Sequence record: SRR20825019_1004
Length of the DNA stretch: 20,000 nucleotides
Direction: 5' to 3' (one strand)
Shown: one piece after another, positions 1 through 7,593 of the stretch
How the letters are laid out: every line of letters starts with the position of its first letter
How positions within the stretch are numbered: position 1 is the stretch's first letter
Notes under the pieces: model-generated
What the model saw: only the letters and a program-made list of their open reading frames with translations
What the model was told of the DNA's origin: nothing
The model's database searches: none
Made by a program: the position numbers and the translations under genes

Positions 1-117
1 GTCTACGAGCTTTTTACCATAGTATTTCACATAGTTTCCTCCGATCTTGACCCCGGTCTTCACCAATTTTCCGGCGCGTTCTATTTTCCCAGTGGGAATC
101 GTATCCAACCTTTTCAT
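1..117 (-). CDS. N-terminus (truncated by the window) of a probable AarF/ABC1/UbiB-family atypical kinase
   Basis: Manual translation from the ATG at 117 gives MKRLDTIPTGKIERAGKLVKTGVKIGGNYVKYYGKKLVD, open to the window edge. It starts 5 nt after the TetR-like stop. The N-terminus resembles flavobacterial ABC1 kinases (recall); the kinase motifs lie outside the window. Confidence 0.65.
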   Translation of the reverse strand, partial: MKRLDTIPTGKIERAGKLVKTGVKIGGNYVKYYGKKLVD

Positions 118-122
118 GTGTT

Positions 123-779
123 CTATGCGAATTTTTCTTTATAAAGAAATTTTCCAAAGTCAACTATCTTTTCCAACGGTGTACTTTCAAAAATTTGGAA
201 AACGGTGGTAACGGATTTTTCAATGGCGATGTCGGTTTTCTCCAGACCTGGGGAACCATCTTCCATCCAGAATTTTAAGATAAAAAGAAACTGTAACCAA
301 GCGCCTTCGGCAAACAAGGGAGCATTGTATTTAAAAATCTTGTGCTGCTTTTCATCGTTCCTTTCCTCAATGAGTGTGGAAGCAAAATCCTTGAACTTTT
401 TGCGAAGACCTTTTAATTGCATCAATCCTTCCAAAGAATATTTATGCTCTTTCATTATAAAAAGGACATAACTCCTATTTAGTGTCAGGTTTTCAAAAAA
501 GGTAAAGAAAAAGGTCAACATTTTTTCCTCGTTGGTCATGGATGCGTACTGCTTGTTCTTTTGCATCAAATTATAACTGTTATCAAAGAATTTGTTCCAG
601 ATAATTTGTTGTAAGGACTCGAACGAACCAAAGAATCCATAAAATTCATCTTCCTTGATATCGTGTTCCTTACAGAATTTAAACACCGAGCTTGGCACTT
701 TTTCATGCTCCAAAACAGATTCCATGAATAAGCTTATGATTTTGTCCTCGGTAATTTTGGGTTTAGTCGTCTTTGCCAT
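123..779 (-). CDS. TetR/AcrR-like transcriptional regulator (Bacteroidota type)
   Basis: 218 aa ORF with a degenerate N-terminal HTH (SVFKFCKEHDIKEDEFYGFFGSFESL) and a helical C-terminal domain ending DIAIEKSV...DFGKFLYKEK. Confidence 0.75.
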   Translation of the reverse strand: MAKTTKPKITEDKIISLFMESVLEHEKVPSSVFKFCKEHDIKEDEFYGFFGSFESLQQIIWNKFFDNSYNLMQKNKQYASMTNEEKMLTFFFTFFENLTLNRSYVLFIMKEHKYSLEGLMQLKGLRKKFKDFASTLIEERNDEKQHKIFKYNAPLFAEGAWLQFLFILKFWMEDGSPGLEKTDIAIEKSVTTVFQIFESTPLEKIVDFGKFLYKEKFA

Positions 780-802
780 TTTTGTGTTTTATGAAGAGTT
801 AA

Positions 803-810
803 CAAAGTTA
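803..810 (-). promoter_or_regulatory. -7 promoter element (TAACTTTG) of the tetR-ABC1 operon
   Basis: Exact TAnnTTTG Bacteroidota primary-sigma motif 23 nt upstream of the ATG at 779. Confidence 0.6.
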
Positions 811-829
811 GCATTGTGTAATCTAATTC

Positions 830-938
830 TTAAAAGAAAATGCACTTCCTGGCGAAAGTGCATTTTCACAACCTAACCAATAAATAAACAAACTTGTTAT
901 AGTAATACTACTTCATAGCAATTTTTAACCTATAACAC
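830..938 (-). ncRNA. Candidate stand-alone small RNA
   Basis: TATATTTA -7-like box at 941-948(-). 5' hairpin TGTTATAG/CTATAACA (895-902/930-937) with an inner TGCTAT-GAA-GTAGTA stem, then a U/G-rich linker, a 12-bp terminator hairpin and a U-tract. No ORF longer than ATG-AAG-TAG. Confidence 0.5.
831..867 (-). terminator. Intrinsic terminator
   Basis: Perfect 12-bp inverted repeat GAAAATGCACTT (836-847)/AAGTGCATTTTC (856-867), 8-nt loop, TTTTCTTTT tail on the minus strand. Confidence 0.75.
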
Positions 939-1029
939 TGTAAATATAATCATTTTGTTTAATCTTTACTAAAATAAAATAAACAAAATTATGTTAAAAT
1001 CTTGTAGACCAGTTAAAACCCCAATGAAA

Positions 1030-1069
1030 TGTCAGTTTGTCAGATTTTGCACTATGGTATTTTTTTTGA
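1030..1069 (+). promoter_or_regulatory. Putative sigma54-type (-24/-12) promoter of htpG with upstream TGTCAG direct repeat
   Basis: TGGTAT-N5-TTGA at 1055-1069 keeps the GG...TTG spacing of the TGGCAC-N5-TTGC consensus. TGTCAG occurs at 1030-1035 and 1038-1043. Confidence 0.5.
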
Positions 1070-1103
1070 CTGATCAGCTGTAAAAAGCATAAAAAACAAA
1101 ACG

Positions 1104-2990
1104 ATGGCTACAGGTAAAATCAATGTTTCAGTAGAAAATATTTTCCCTCTGATCAAAAAGTTTCTATACAGTGATCACGAAATTTTCTTGAGGGAACTTA
1201 TTTCCAACGCTACGGATGCAACCCTTAAATTAAAACACTTAACCTCCATAGGAGAAGCTACGATCGAGTACGGCAACCCAATAATCGAGGTCAAGGTGGA
1301 CAAGGACAACAAACGCATCCATATTCTAGACCAGGGTATCGGGATGACCGAGGAGGAAGTAAAAAAGTACATTAACGAGGTGGCTTTTTCCGGTGCCGAG
1401 GAATTTTTGGATAAATACAAGGATGCAGGTAAAGATGCCGGAATCATCGGGCATTTTGGTCTTGGTTTCTACTCAGCGTTCATGGTAGCGGAGAAAGTAG
1501 AGATTATTTCAAAAAGCCACAAAGAAGAACCTGCGGTACATTGGACTTGCGATGGTTCTCCCGAGTTTACCATTGAACCAAGTGACAAAACTGAAAGGGG
1601 AACGGAAATTATCCTTCACATAGCAGAGGATTCCACCGAGTTTTTGGAAAAGTCAAGAATTCGTGAGCTTTTGGTGAAGTACAACAAGTTCATGCCCATT
1701 CCAATCAAGTTTGGAACAAAAACGGAAACGCTTCCCAAACCAGAAGATGCCAAAGAAGACGACCCGGCACCAACTAAAGTGGTGGATGACATCATCAATA
1801 ATCCAAATCCAGCATGGACCAAGCAGCCCGCGGACTTGGAAGAATCGGATTATAAGAGCTTTTACAGGGAACTTTATCCTATGCAGTTCGAAGAACCCTT
1901 GTTCCATATCCACTTGAACGTGGATTATCCGTTCAACTTAACGGGTATCTTGTACTTCCCAAAGTTGACAAACGACCTGAGTATTCAAAAAGACAAAATT
2001 CAATTGTACCAGAACCAAGTGTTCGTAACGGACAATGTGGAAGGTATTGTTCCCGAATTCTTGACGATGCTAAAAGGTGTCATCGATTCTCCGGATATTC
2101 CATTGAACGTTTCAAGGTCATATCTTCAGGCTGATGGTGCAGTAAAGAAAATCTCTTCCTACATCACCCGAAAAGTGGCCGATAAATTGAGCTCACTTTT
2201 CAAGAACAACCGTAAGGATTTTGAACAAAAGTGGAACGACATCAAAGTGGTCATCGAGTACGGAATGCTCTCCGAAGATAAATTCTTTGAAAAAGCCGAT
2301 AAGTTTGCCCTGTACCCAACAATTGATGGCAATTTCTACACTTTTGAAGAGCTAGAGGCCAAAATCAAGGACAATCAGACCGACAAGGATGATAAGTTGG
2401 TGGTGCTTTATGCTTCGGACAAAGAGGCACAACATAGCTACATTGAAGCTGCCAAAAAGAAAGGATACGAAATCCTGTTGTTGGATTCACCGATTGTATC
2501 ACACTTGATGCAAAAGTTGGAAACATCCAAAGAGAACCTGTCTTTTGTTCGAGTAGATGCCGACCATGTGGACAACCTCATCAAAAAAGAGGATACGGCA
2601 ATCTCCAAGCTTTCCGAAGAGGAAAAAGAGAAATTGAAGTCCGAAATCGAAGAGGTGACCAAGGAAAAAGGATATACCATTCAGATGGAGGCCATGGAAA
2701 GCAGCGCTTCTCCATTTATAATCACCGAGCCAGAATTTATGCGCAGAATGAAAGAAATGCAGCGTACAGGTGGTGGTGGCATGTTCGGGATGGGCAATAT
2801 GCCCGATATGTACAACCTTATCGTAAATACCAATCACGAACTGGTAGGCGAAATATTGAATACCAAGACCACAAAAAAACGAGAAAGGTTGATCAATCAA
2901 TCGTTGGATTTGGCACGATTGTCCAAAGGATTGTTGAAGGGTGAAGAACTCACCAACTTTATTGCCCGAAGCTACGAGATGATCAAATAA
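1104..2990 (+). CDS. htpG: Molecular chaperone HtpG (Hsp90)
   Basis: 628 aa with Hsp90 signatures LYSDHEIFLRELISNATDA, DQGIGMT, IIGHFGLGFYSAFMVA and DIPLNVSRSYLQ. Confidence 0.98.
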   Translation: MATGKINVSVENIFPLIKKFLYSDHEIFLRELISNATDATLKLKHLTSIGEATIEYGNPIIEVKVDKDNKRIHILDQGIGMTEEEVKKYINEVAFSGAEEFLDKYKDAGKDAGIIGHFGLGFYSAFMVAEKVEIISKSHKEEPAVHWTCDGSPEFTIEPSDKTERGTEIILHIAEDSTEFLEKSRIRELLVKYNKFMPIPIKFGTKTETLPKPEDAKEDDPAPTKVVDDIINNPNPAWTKQPADLEESDYKSFYRELYPMQFEEPLFHIHLNVDYPFNLTGILYFPKLTNDLSIQKDKIQLYQNQVFVTDNVEGIVPEFLTMLKGVIDSPDIPLNVSRSYLQADGAVKKISSYITRKVADKLSSLFKNNRKDFEQKWNDIKVVIEYGMLSEDKFFEKADKFALYPTIDGNFYTFEELEAKIKDNQTDKDDKLVVLYASDKEAQHSYIEAAKKKGYEILLLDSPIVSHLMQKLETSKENLSFVRVDADHVDNLIKKEDTAISKLSEEEKEKLKSEIEEVTKEKGYTIQMEAMESSASPFIITEPEFMRRMKEMQRTGGGGMFGMGNMPDMYNLIVNTNHELVGEILNTKTTKKRERLINQSLDLARLSKGLLKGEELTNFIARSYEMIK

Positions 2991-3016
2991 TCTTAGTTAT
3001 TCATAATCAACAACGC

Positions 3017-3042
3017 AAAACCGCTCCAAATGAGCGGTTTTT
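3017..3042 (+). terminator. Intrinsic terminator of htpG
   Basis: AAAACCGCTC-caaat-GAGCGGTTTTT hairpin 26 nt after the stop. Confidence 0.85.
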
Positions 3043-3084
3043 GCATTTTATGCCTATATTGGATGTACAAACCAATCAAAGACC

Positions 3085-4425
3085 GTGGGCGCGAACAACG
3101 ATTATAACAGTCCCTCATTCAAAAAACTACTGGACTCCCTTCAACAACAAAGCTGGGAACTTGAGCTTATTATTTCGGGTTTTGCCATCTTCGGACTGTT
3201 CACTGCCTACGAACCTCTTCGCATTGAAACGGTAAATGCTGAGAACCAACAGCAAATTTATCGCTTCGTAGTCTACCTTATCCTTCAAATTTCGTGTTCC
3301 ATATTATTGTTCAACCTATTGCTCCACGTAATCCTTCGTGGACTTTGGATTGGGTCTCTTGGGTTGCGGTACGTTTCCGGTGATATAGAATTCGAAAAAT
3401 TGCGCTATTCGGAGCGCTTTACCAAATACCTTCAAAAACGCATCGTCTCTTTTGATCGGTACATTGCCAATCTTGAGAATTACTGTAGCGTACTCTTTGC
3501 CATTTCGTTCTTATTGATTTTCTATGTGCTGGCCATGACCATGATTATATTGTCCATCGTATTGGTGGCCAATTTTATCCTTGAAAGTGACCATTTGCAC
3601 GAAGGGTTTGCTACTATTCTCGGCACCATTCTGATAGTTTTCATCATAACGGGCATGATCTTGACCTTTATCGACTTTTTAACGCAGGGCTGGCTCAAAA
3701 AGAAAAAATGGATCTCTAGACTTTACTTCCCCATCTATTGGGTTTTCAGTTTTTTGACGCTTTCATTTCTATACAGACCTTTGGTCTATAATTTTTTGGA
3801 CAACCGTTTTGGAAGAAGACTCATTTTACTTTTGGTCCCCATTTACATTGCCATATTAATGATGACCAGTTTGGAGTATCGCAGCTCCAACTATCTGGAT
3901 AAGGACCAACAATCTTCGAGCACTTTTGCCAACAAGGAAAACTATGCCGACATGCTTACGGAGGATGGAGATTTCCCTGGGCACATGGTTATTCCTTCCA
4001 AGGTGATCAACAAACCATTTTTAACAGTGTTCGTGCCCTTTTCCGAGAATTTGGAAAACCGAATTTTCGCATACAACGATTCCTTGACTCCGGAAATTGA
4101 CAGACGGGGATTGTCTACCAGTATGAAGGTCACTACCAATTGGAGCGACCAGATTACCAGTGCACGCCAAAAAGACAGTATACGAAAGATGTACCTAAGA
4201 ACCTTTAATGAAACCCATGCTTTCCTAATCGATAGTCTGGATGTGGACGAAGATTTTATCTTGACCACGGGAATCCATAATATCCTTGGATTCGAGACCC
4301 ATCTTAATATTGCTGATCTCGAAGAAGGGAAACACCTTTTAAGGCTTAGACGAAAAAGAAAGGAAAAAGACACCATTAAGACGGTTACAGATGTTATCTT
4401 ACCGTTTTGGTATTTCAAAAACTAA
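3085..4425 (+). CDS. Conserved hypothetical polytopic membrane protein with a soluble C-terminal domain
   Basis: 446 aa, GTG start. About 6 hydrophobic segments in the N-terminal ~260 aa (LQQQSWELELIISG, LRGLWIG motifs) and a hydrophilic C-terminus. Confidence 0.8.
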   Translation: MGANNDYNSPSFKKLLDSLQQQSWELELIISGFAIFGLFTAYEPLRIETVNAENQQQIYRFVVYLILQISCSILLFNLLLHVILRGLWIGSLGLRYVSGDIEFEKLRYSERFTKYLQKRIVSFDRYIANLENYCSVLFAISFLLIFYVLAMTMIILSIVLVANFILESDHLHEGFATILGTILIVFIITGMILTFIDFLTQGWLKKKKWISRLYFPIYWVFSFLTLSFLYRPLVYNFLDNRFGRRLILLLVPIYIAILMMTSLEYRSSNYLDKDQQSSSTFANKENYADMLTEDGDFPGHMVIPSKVINKPFLTVFVPFSENLENRIFAYNDSLTPEIDRRGLSTSMKVTTNWSDQITSARQKDSIRKMYLRTFNETHAFLIDSLDVDEDFILTTGIHNILGFETHLNIADLEEGKHLLRLRRKRKEKDTIKTVTDVILPFWYFKN

Positions 4426-4430
4426 GATTT

Positions 4431-4787
4431 ATGGTCCCATGGCATCTTTACGTAATGGCCGGAATGTATGTGGTTGCAGGTTTAATGCATTTTATAAAAC
4501 CCAAAATGTATATGCGCATTATGCCCATGTACCTGCCCAACCATAAGCTTTTGGTGTATTTGAGCGGTATTGCAGAAATTTTACTGGGTATAGGTGTCTG
4601 CTTCGATGCCACCCGAAAACTGAGCACCTTTGGCATCATTTTAATGTTAGGCGTGTTTTTATCGGTACATTTTTACATGCTTTCTGGTAAAAAAGCATCC
4701 GCTGGAATCCCAAAATGGATATTGGTTCTTCGGATTCCCCTACAATTCTTTTTAATGTATTGGGCGTATTACTATGCCTACATTTAA
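4431..4787 (+). CDS. DoxX-like membrane protein
   Basis: ATG at 4431 is preferred over the TTG at 4407. Motifs GLMHFIKPKMY..IMP.YLP, SGIAEILLG and RIPLQ; 4 TM segments. Confidence 0.8.
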   Translation: MVPWHLYVMAGMYVVAGLMHFIKPKMYMRIMPMYLPNHKLLVYLSGIAEILLGIGVCFDATRKLSTFGIILMLGVFLSVHFYMLSGKKASAGIPKWILVLRIPLQFFLMYWAYYYAYI

Positions 4788-5194
4788 AAAACTCTTCTAT
4801 CCATATACCTTTTCAGCCAAGGTACCTGTACAAAAAACATAAGTCCTAAAAACAGGAAAGCATACACGGTAACTTTGGAAAAAGTGAAACCTTTCACCCA
4901 TCCCCAATCCCCATGGAACCAAGACTCTATGTTCAAGTTTTTGAACCAACCTTGACCATTATCCACTCCCAAATGTGAACCCAATAGAAACACCAAGGCT
5001 ACAAAAGCAACAAAAGCCAAGGACAAAGTCCTGCCCGAAAGTATGGGTTTGTATTCAAAAACTTGTTGCGGTGCTTCGACCTCTAGTTTTTGCATCACAT
5101 TTTTGGTAAAATCAGCAGAAGGGGATTCCAATGGAGCTTCTTCCATTATCCCATCTACAAATGCTTCCAGTTTTTTATCATCCAATTGATCCAT
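4784..5194 (-). CDS. Probable membrane anti-sigma factor
   Basis: 136 aa overlapping the 3' end of the ECF sigma gene. N-terminal ESPSADFTKNVMQKL motif followed by two TM helices. Confidence 0.65.
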   Translation of the reverse strand: MDQLDDKKLEAFVDGIMEEAPLESPSADFTKNVMQKLEVEAPQQVFEYKPILSGRTLSLAFVAFVALVFLLGSHLGVDNGQGWFKNLNIESWFHGDWGWVKGFTFSKVTVYAFLFLGLMFFVQVPWLKRYMDRRVF

Positions 5195-5765
5195 TGCTCT
5201 GCAATATTTCTTTGTTCAAACTCTTTTCCATAATACTGGCCAATCGCTTTCTGGCCCGGAACAACCTCACCTTTAATGTATTCACCGGCAGGCTGGTTGC
5301 TTTTTCCATTTCCAGCAGGTTCTTTTCCTCAAGATAAAACAAAGTAAGTATACCTGCATCCTCTTCCGATAATCTGGACAGACATTGCTCTATCAATTGG
5401 CTTCGCTCTATCGCTACCATTTTATGAAACGCCGTATCCAGGTCAGCGTAATCTATCTTGTCAGCATGCTCCATATCCAAATGGATTCGTTGCTTTTTTA
5501 CTTTTCTTATCTTGTCCAAACAAGTATTATAGGCAATTCTATACACCCAGGTGGACAACTTTGAATCGCCCTTAAACTTAGGCAGGGATTTGAATATTTT
5601 AATGAATACATCTTGCGATACTTCCTCTGCCTCCTCCCGGTTTCCCAACATTCTAACTGAAAGTGTAAAAACCATATCCTTATAGCTATCCACCAAATCG
5701 GAGAACGCGCGGGTATTTCCCCTGCGTATTTCCGAGATCATTTGATTTTCCTTGTTGGTCAGCAT
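5178..5765 (-). CDS. ECF RNA polymerase sigma-70 factor
   Basis: Region 2 (EAEEVSQDVFIKIF, FKGDSKLSTWVYRIAYNTCLD) and region 4 (LPVNTLKVRLFRARKRL). Confidence 0.95.
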   Translation of the reverse strand: MLTNKENQMISEIRRGNTRAFSDLVDSYKDMVFTLSVRMLGNREEAEEVSQDVFIKIFKSLPKFKGDSKLSTWVYRIAYNTCLDKIRKVKKQRIHLDMEHADKIDYADLDTAFHKMVAIERSQLIEQCLSRLSEEDAGILTLFYLEEKNLLEMEKATSLPVNTLKVRLFRARKRLASIMEKSLNKEILQSNGSIG

Positions 5766-5774
5766 TGTTCATTG

Positions 5775-5801
5775 GACGCCAGAAGTACCAGTTAGGTTAC
5801 A
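5775..5801 (-). promoter_or_regulatory. ECF-type promoter for the sigma/anti-sigma operon
   Basis: TGTAAC (5801-5796)-N17-CGTC (5778-5775) on the minus strand, 9 nt before the ATG. Confidence 0.65.
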
Positions 5802-5825
5802 CAAAAAATAATTTTTATAAAAATA

Positions 5826-5851
5826 TGTAACCTGATCGGAAAAACCGTCGT
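5826..5851 (+). promoter_or_regulatory. ECF-type promoter for the divergent membrane protein gene
   Basis: TGTAAC (5826-5831)-N16-CGTC (5848-5851). Confidence 0.65.
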
Positions 5852-5900
5852 CATAGCTTATGAACAAAAAAATTACAAATAATCATTAAAACGAATAGTT

Positions 5901-6254
5901 ATGGGATCAGAAGTAATCATTATTCCAATCATTTTTGGTGTTATCCTTGCCATTGCCTACCTCTATTTTTCAACTAGAAACAAGGAACGATTGGCCTTGA
6001 TCGAGAAGGGGGGCGACGCCAGCATTTTTGTCAGGGGAAAAAGGGGTGGAGCTACTCCACTTGGGAAAATCATTCTCCTCAACCTAGCCTTATTGCTTAT
6101 GGGAATCGGAACGGCCATATTTGTAGCTTCGATATTTGTCCACAGTCTTGGAGTTAAACAAGAGGTTGCTTACCCAGGTACAATTTTCCTATTAGCGGGT
6201 GTTGGACTGATGGTCGGATTTAACATGACCAACAAATTGGACAAAGAAAATTAA
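5901..6254 (+). CDS. Small membrane protein, DUF6249-like
   Basis: 117 aa: TM helix, RNKERLALIEKG motif, then two more TM helices. Confidence 0.75.
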   Translation: MGSEVIIIPIIFGVILAIAYLYFSTRNKERLALIEKGGDASIFVRGKRGGATPLGKIILLNLALLLMGIGTAIFVASIFVHSLGVKQEVAYPGTIFLLAGVGLMVGFNMTNKLDKEN

Positions 6255-6280
6255 TTCTTTAAGCTGATTTTAATTGAATG

Positions 6281-6306
6281 ACCACCGCCACAAGCGGTGG
6301 TTTTTT
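6281..6306 (+). terminator. Intrinsic terminator
   Basis: ACCACCGC-cacaa-GCGGTGGT followed by TTTTT. Confidence 0.85.
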
Positions 6307-6319
6307 ATAACTTGTCATT

Positions 6320-6952
6320 ATGAAAGTAATCTCGACCAACCTCGGCAAGCCTACCAAAATTGTTTGGAACGGTAAAGAAACCCTCACCGGCATCTACAAA
6401 TACCCAATTGATGAGCCTCTTTATTTAGATAAGGAGGATGTGAAACACGACTCCGTGGTGGACAGGAAACACCATGGTGGCACGTACAAAGCTTGTTATC
6501 TGTTCTCCTCAGACAACTATGCTTATTGGAAAGAGAGATACCCACTGTTAAATTGGAACTGGGGCATGTTTGGCGAAAATTTGACCCTTTATGGTTTGGA
6601 CGAGTCCCAATTAAAGATTGGAAGCATTTATAAATTGGGAACAGCGCTGGTACAGATTACGCAACCTAGGGAGCCCTGTTATAAATTGGGCATTCGGTTT
6701 AACGATCAAAGTATTTTAAAGCAGTTCATAGACCATGGCCGTCCTGGAACCTACGTACGTGTTCTTGAACCCGGAAAAGTTGTAATGGGCGATTCCATGG
6801 AACTCGTGAAAGAATCGGAAAACCCTTTGACCATTCAAGCATTCTATACGCTACTTTTTGCCAAAACCAAGGACAAGCAAGTCTTAAAATGGGCTATAGA
6901 TAATGAAACTCTCCCGCAGGGCAAAAGGAAAAAGCTTGAGAAATGGGCATAA
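6320..6952 (+). CDS. MOSC domain protein (YiiM-like)
   Basis: TGIYKYP, DRKHHGG, GMFGENLT, TQPREPCYKL (conserved Cys) and GTYVRVLEPG motifs. Confidence 0.92.
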   Translation: MKVISTNLGKPTKIVWNGKETLTGIYKYPIDEPLYLDKEDVKHDSVVDRKHHGGTYKACYLFSSDNYAYWKERYPLLNWNWGMFGENLTLYGLDESQLKIGSIYKLGTALVQITQPREPCYKLGIRFNDQSILKQFIDHGRPGTYVRVLEPGKVVMGDSMELVKESENPLTIQAFYTLLFAKTKDKQVLKWAIDNETLPQGKRKKLEKWA

Positions 6953-6975
6953 AAAAAGGGGGCCTCTCGACCCCC
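6951..6975 (-). terminator. Intrinsic terminator of the 7003-7380 gene
   Basis: Minus strand GGGGGTC-GAGA-GGCCCCC-TTTTTTT (GNRA loop, one G-U pair). Confidence 0.8.
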
Positions 6976-7002
6976 AATGCACATAAAAATTAACTAAACA
7001 AA

Positions 7003-7380
7003 CTATCTTACTACCACAGTTTCTTTGTAGGTTCCAAATTTGTCAACTACAACAATGGTATATTCATCTTTGAAGGCTTTTTCGAAGTTGAATGCTTTTT
7101 CAACTACAATGTCACCATCGATAGCTTCGTCAAAAACAAGTCTGTCCTCGCTATCATATACTTTTAAAAGCACCTTTCCCTTGGAAACGTTCAAAAGGTT
7201 CATCATTATTTTCTGACCTTTTTTTACGAATACTGGATCAAGGTTTACTTTTACCAAATTCTTTTCAACTTCGTACTTGGCTACTACTTTTTTGCCAAAA
7301 TCGGTTGTGGTTCCGTTTGCCAACCCGATTGCACTTATCAATAGGGCCGCTGCTACTGTTAGGTTCTTTACTAATTTCAT
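7003..7380 (-). CDS. Small secreted beta-sandwich protein resembling a stand-alone T9SS type-A CTD / DUF3244-like
   Basis: ATG at 7380 is preferred because it begins a signal peptide (MKLVKNLTVAAALLISAIGLA) and lies downstream of a -7 box TACATTTG at 7409-7416. Mature part contains LKVYDSEDRLVF...EYTIVVVDKFGTYKETVVVR. Confidence 0.65.
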   Translation of the reverse strand: MKLVKNLTVAAALLISAIGLANGTTTDFGKKVVAKYEVEKNLVKVNLDPVFVKKGQKIMMNLLNVSKGKVLLKVYDSEDRLVFDEAIDGDIVVEKAFNFEKAFKDEYTIVVVDKFGTYKETVVVR

Positions 7381-7459
7381 AACACTTCGTTTTTTTAAGA
7401 TTACAGTACAAATGTAGGGTGCAATAGTGCACAGGAATACCACTCCTTTTTCCACTTTA

Positions 7460-7515
7460 TATGCTATATTAACATGGCTGGTGTTTTAACATAGTATTAA
7501 TGATAAAATAGCATA
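7460..7515. promoter_or_regulatory. 16-bp inverted repeat, putative regulator operator
   Basis: TATGCTATATTAACAT (7460-7475) and ATGATAAAATAGCATA (7500-7515) are 14/16 complementary with a 24-nt spacer, between divergent genes. Confidence 0.55.
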
Positions 7516-7593
7516 ACTTTGAGTTAACATTGTAGATATTTGCATGCTAATTAGTTTTTTAACTTTAGCATACGATAGAAAAAATTGCAGTAA

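Noticed and set aside
908-916. ATG-AAG-TAG mini-ORF in the sRNA hairpin as a leader peptide
   Set aside because: Two codons only and expected by chance; no antiterminator pairing was identified. Noted only within the sRNA finding.
1175-2900. Several antisense and alternate-frame ORFs (68-133 aa) inside htpG
   Set aside because: Shadow ORFs of a strongly conserved gene, with no recognisable motifs.
3942-4418. 158-aa antisense ORF
   Set aside because: Lies fully within the 446-aa membrane gene on the opposite strand, with composition typical of antisense shadows.
7381-7455. N-terminal extension of the 150-aa ORF call
   Set aside because: It spans the gene's own -7 promoter box; the signal peptide begins at the ATG at 7380.
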